From the human T2T-CHM13v2.0 reference genome, Homo sapiens, in the NCBI RefSeq assembly GCF_009914755.1, contig NC_060936.1: a stretch of DNA of 64,000 nucleotides; one strand, written 5' to 3'. Positions 59,560 through 64,000 of this stretch are shown here, in pieces. How positions within the stretch are numbered: position 1 is the stretch's first letter; every line of letters starts with the position of its first letter. The notes under the pieces are model-generated. The model saw nothing but the letters and a program-made list of their open reading frames with translations. It was not told where the DNA came from and did not search any database. A program made the position numbers and the translations under genes.

Positions 59560-61920
59560 TTGGTTTGTTTTTTGTTTTTAAAAACAAGGTCTCACTCTGT
59601 TGCCCAGGCTGGAATGCAGTGGCCCAATCACAGTTCACTGCAGCCTTGAATTCCTGCGCTCAAGCGATCCTGTGCCTCAGCCTCCTGAGTAGCTGGGACT
59701 ACGGGTGCACACCACTATTCCCAGCCATCGTGGTTGTTTCTATTGGGTTGGTGCAAAAGTTACTTTTAATAGCAAAACTGCAATAACTTTTGCACTAACC
59801 TAATAATATAGCTTTTGTCTAAGTCAGTGTTGCATTAGATGCTTTCACCTTAGTCCACTTTTTCTTTTTTTCTTTTCTTTTTTTTTTTTTTTTGAGACAG
59901 GGTCTCCCTCTGTTGCCAAGGCTGGTGTGATCAAGACTCACTGCAGTCTCAACCTCCTGGGCTCAAGCAATTCTCCTACCTCAGCTTCCTAAATAGCTGG
60001 GAACACGAGCATAACACCACCACACCCGACTAACTTTGTTTATTTTTTGTAGAGGCAGGGTCTCACCATGTTGCCCAGGCTGGTCTCAAGCTCCTGGGCT
60101 TGAGCAATCCTCCCACCTCAGCCTCCCAAAATGCTGGTACTATAAATGTAAGCCACCACGTCCAGCCTCCACTTCTTAATATTCACCCGTTTCTTCCCCC
60201 ACACTAATAAAAATATCAGCTTTCATTTTTCTCTAAACTGGTGTGCACCATGACTGGGTCAACTTGTAGCCAATCAGGTACAGGATTTGGGGGGGAAAAA
60301 ACTATGTTATCATCTGACAATGTTCTATTCATAAAGCAAGCAGATATGAACATTTTAATGCTTTAAAATGTAACTGGTCTGTGGTGGCTTACATCTGTAA
60401 TCCCAAGCCTTGGGCAACATAGTGAAACCTTGTCTTTACAAAAAATAAACAAAATAAGCTTGGCATGGTGTTGCGCACCTATAGTCCCAGCTATTCAGGA
60501 GATCGCACCGCTGCACTCCAGCGTGAGGGATACAGCCAAACCCTGTCTCAAAAATAAATTGAATAATTAGTACCTGTTTATTGAAAGTTAATGGGATATA
60601 CTGGCAGTCATTTTACTCATGCAGCAAATATTTATTGAGCAACTACTGTGTGGCAATCATTATGTTAAGTGGTAGTTATACATGATCCTGCAAGGAGTTG
60701 GACTTAACTATCCCTTATAAAACATCAGACCATTTTTGTAAGCCATGTAGAATGGTCTAAGGGGAAAAGGAAAAATTAATATTAATTTTTTATGAATTAC
60801 ACAGTCCAGTTACATCTTGTTTGATGATTGACATCTAAAATCAGAATTAAAGTAAAAACTGAATTAACTAAAGAACAAAACTTTTTTATTTTTTTTGAGA
60901 GTCTCACTTTTCATACAGGCTAGCATGCAGTGGTGCCATCACGGCTCACTGCAGCCTCAACATCCCTGGCTCAAGTGATCTTCCCACCACAGCCTCCTGA
61001 GTAGCTGGGACCACAGGTGTGCACCACCATGCCTGGCTATTTTTTTTATATATTTTGTAGAGACGGAGTCTAATTATGTTGCCCAGGCTGAAAAAATTAC
61101 CTTTTAAGCATTAGAATCTCATCAAGAACCGTCAGGTACTCACACTCCCAAAGGCATGGTGCCTACTGAGACAAAATAGCAAATGAACAACTCCCTTCTC
61201 ATGTTCTTTCCAGGAGCTAACCCTAGTGAGAAGCAGGCAAAATCTCCTCCACTACTAAAATGGTTATTTTCCTCTTTATTTTCTAAACAAAATGTTAAGC
61301 CGAATTAAACTGGACTGTGCTTCAACTTCACAATAAAAATTAAGCCCCTGAATTTCTTGAGCTGCCACATTCCAGTAACAGGGAGATATGGTCATATATG
61401 TTGTTAAAAAGCACGTGGTGGGGTGGAGGAAATAAGAGTTTAGAAAACCAATACTCTGAGGGGGAAAAAAAAGAATCAAACCATACATGGTCATTTATAA
61501 ACAATAAGTATAATGACACACGTCCTCCAAGTCATACATGCCAAAAAAAACCCTCAAAACGTAATATTTTAAGAAAATTATTAATTGTAGAGACTATCAA
61601 TTACAGAAAAGGTAGGTGAGTTATTTGTATTAAATAGAAGAATGTTAAATATTTTCAATCACAAAATATATTAACAGCCTGGGCAACATAGCAAGACCCT
61701 GTCTCTACAAAAAATTTTCTTTCAATTAGACAGGCATGGTGGCGTGTGCCTGTAGTCCCAGCTACTCAGGGGGCAGGGGCAGAAGGATTGCTTGAGCCCA
61801 GGTGTTTGAGGCTGCAGTGGGCTTTGATGGGACCAGGCACCACTGCACTCCAGACTGGGTGCTGACAGAGCAAGATCCTCTCTCCAAAATATATATATGT
61901 ATATATATATATATATATTA
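59560..61920. mobile_element. Cluster of old AluJ/FRAM pieces (59560-59725 -, 59860-60167 -, 60375-60555 +, 60881-61090 -, 61675-61888 + with (AT)n tail)
   Basis: Diverged Alu consensus segments. Confidence 0.8.
59743..59803. mobile_element. MADE1 (Hsmar1-derived MITE), internally deleted
   Basis: TA|TTGGGTTGGTGCAAAAGT...ACTTTTGCACTAACCTAA|TA: TIRs with TA target duplication. Confidence 0.88.
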
Positions 61921-63939
61921 GCTCAACAAAATAGCTAAGCAATAAGGTTCAGCATTTCTGTAAACAGTATTTTCTACTTATAAAAGCCAATTTTTTTATT
62001 ATCTGTTTTCATTATTCATCCCAAATTGAAATAGATGCATAGTGTTTGCTTCGTGTGTGTGAACATCTTATAATCGAATATTATTTTGGAAGTGTATTTT
62101 TAATATAATGACACTTGCAAATGTGTTTTATGACTTCTAAAGAAGGCAAAATTATGAATTTCTAAAAAGTTTTACAGACTTAAAATTTGCATATTAATTT
62201 TAATCAGATATATGGTATATTTTGGGTTCATGTCATATTTGCAAAAATTGCCGTTGAGGGTACACAGTTGGTCTTATGCCTTTTTAAAGTTAGTCTGTAG
62301 TAATGTGGATAATAAAGAAATGTTTGCAAAGCCAAACCAAAGCAGAAAATTGTAGTAATTATCAAATCAGCATATGTCACTTATCATCAACTACCTATTG
62401 TTCATTGGCAATGTTCAACTCACCTGCACTCATTGAAGCCCAGCAAGGAAAAAAACCTCCGTATCACAATCCCTTCTCAATAACATGGTCTATGTATAAA
62501 GACACAGACTTGTGTAAATATTAATATTAAACATAAATTCTAATAACAAAATTATCAGCCTAACCTAATAAGGACTGCTTAGAACAACTTTGCCACTTAT
62601 CACATATTTTAATAATTTTTAGAATTTTCAGAATTACTTTCGTACTCAGTTGAACTGTACTCAAATAGGTACAGTGAAGAAAGGGGGGAAATGCTGTCAT
62701 TATAGGTCTGAAAATAAGAAGGATAAGAGTAAATGCAAGCAAGACTGAGAGGTATATAATTAAATTACTAGAATTTGTTTCTTTGGTGACATTTCTGGGC
62801 AAAGAAAATAAAGAGTATTTTCTCAATTATTATCAATCTCCTAATTTGTAATGAAAAACACCCTAAGAGCTTCCAGCTGTGTACTTAGCTTGTCCACCAT
62901 TGGATTTTTTATCTTCATTCTGAGTTAACAGAGGAATTTCTCAAATTGGACTTTATTAGCAGAAAATGTAACTGTTCTCTATGTGGGACAATGCCAAAGT
63001 TTATATTGCCAAATTCCATGTAATCTAGAGGAAATTACCATGTAAATTTGCAACAAATTATGTTTAAAGATCAAATCTATATTCCTGGAAGACATTCTGT
63101 AATGTCACCATTAACTTTAAAATGAAAATTCTTGTATGTCACTATAACACTTGACTATTCCAGACGAACAGGAAATTCCTTATTCATCGGTTTGTTCAAC
63201 ATACTGCATAGTCCAAGATGTATTATAGGAGTAGAGGGTGTGCCTGAGAGAAGTGAAAGGAATCAATGATCATGAACTTTATATTACTCAATCCTAGTAT
63301 GAGAACTGACTGAATGAACAAAATTAATTATCTTTAATGTCCCTAAAATAGCAATAATAAGGTGACTATTTCTATAGATAACCTTCAGTTAATATTTTTA
63401 AATTATTTAAGATTTTGTAGGTAAATGAAAACACTTAGTTTTGTGGATGTTTCTGTTGGTGTTTACTAACAATGCAAAACAAGGTGGAGAACTGAAGCAG
63501 CTCTCTGGATGATTCATGCCCTATGAAATAGCCAATTTCTTGAGTTTAAGCTTAGGTATGTGCTTTCCTTTCTATTTTGTTGTTTTGTTTGAACTCAATT
63601 TTCCTATTGATTTTGCAAACAGGACACTCCCAGACTTGGTAACATCTCCACACCTAGATGAATATCATCTTTTTCCCAATGTGGAAATGAAAAAACTAAG
63701 GACCAAACAAATTGGGTGACTCATCCATAAATCAGAAATTAAATCATAATTTTCTTTTTCAAATCTATCTTTTCATTGTTAATCCTAATTGTAGTAACTA
63801 TGCCTAATTTTTAAATAATGTACAAATAAATCATGCTTTAGTAGAAAAATAGAAAATAAAGATTAATTAGAGGGAAAAAACTCCCATTTATCCTTCCAGA
63901 GATAAGTGCTCTAATCATCACGGTGTACTCTTTTAGCAT

Positions 63940-64000
63940 TTATTATTATTATTATTATTTGAGACGGAGTCTCGCTCTGTTGCCCAGGCTGGAGTGCAGT
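63940..64000 (-). mobile_element. Alu 3' end with (TTA)n tail, cut by the window edge
   Basis: gagacggagtctcgctctgttgcccaggctggagtgcagt. Confidence 0.9.

Noticed and set aside
60771-60790. 20-bp perfect palindrome AAAAATTAATATTAATTTTT
   Set aside because: A/T-only low complexity; expected by chance in AT-rich DNA.

Overview
Human (primate) genomic DNA containing the 5' end of ITPR2 (inositol 1,4,5-trisphosphate receptor type 2) on the minus strand. It holds the CpG-island promoter (~44.1-46.0 kb), coding exon 1 (44784-44693, [30 protein letters not shown]), a 42.4 kb intron 1, exon 2 (2280-2210, [23 protein letters not shown]) and the start of intron 2, plus ~19 kb of upstream sequence. Intron 1 carries a 5'-truncated processed pseudogene of ECHDC2 in antisense, inside an old L1. 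The rest is Alu/L1/L2/MIR/DNA-transposon/LTR sequence. Nearly all ORFs in the supplied track are repeat-derived or GC-rich shadow ORFs; neither real ITPR2 exon appears in it. I see no convincing new multi-gene system. The most unusual features are: an out-of-frame uORF overlapping the ITPR2 start codon with two AUGA stop/start overlaps; a 102-bp locally templated insertion inside an Alu; a 125-bp duplication that preserves an Alu pre-insertion site; several fold-back hairpins; and two VNTRs. Gene and repeat names come from recognition of sequence, not database searches; repeat boundaries and subfamilies are approximate.
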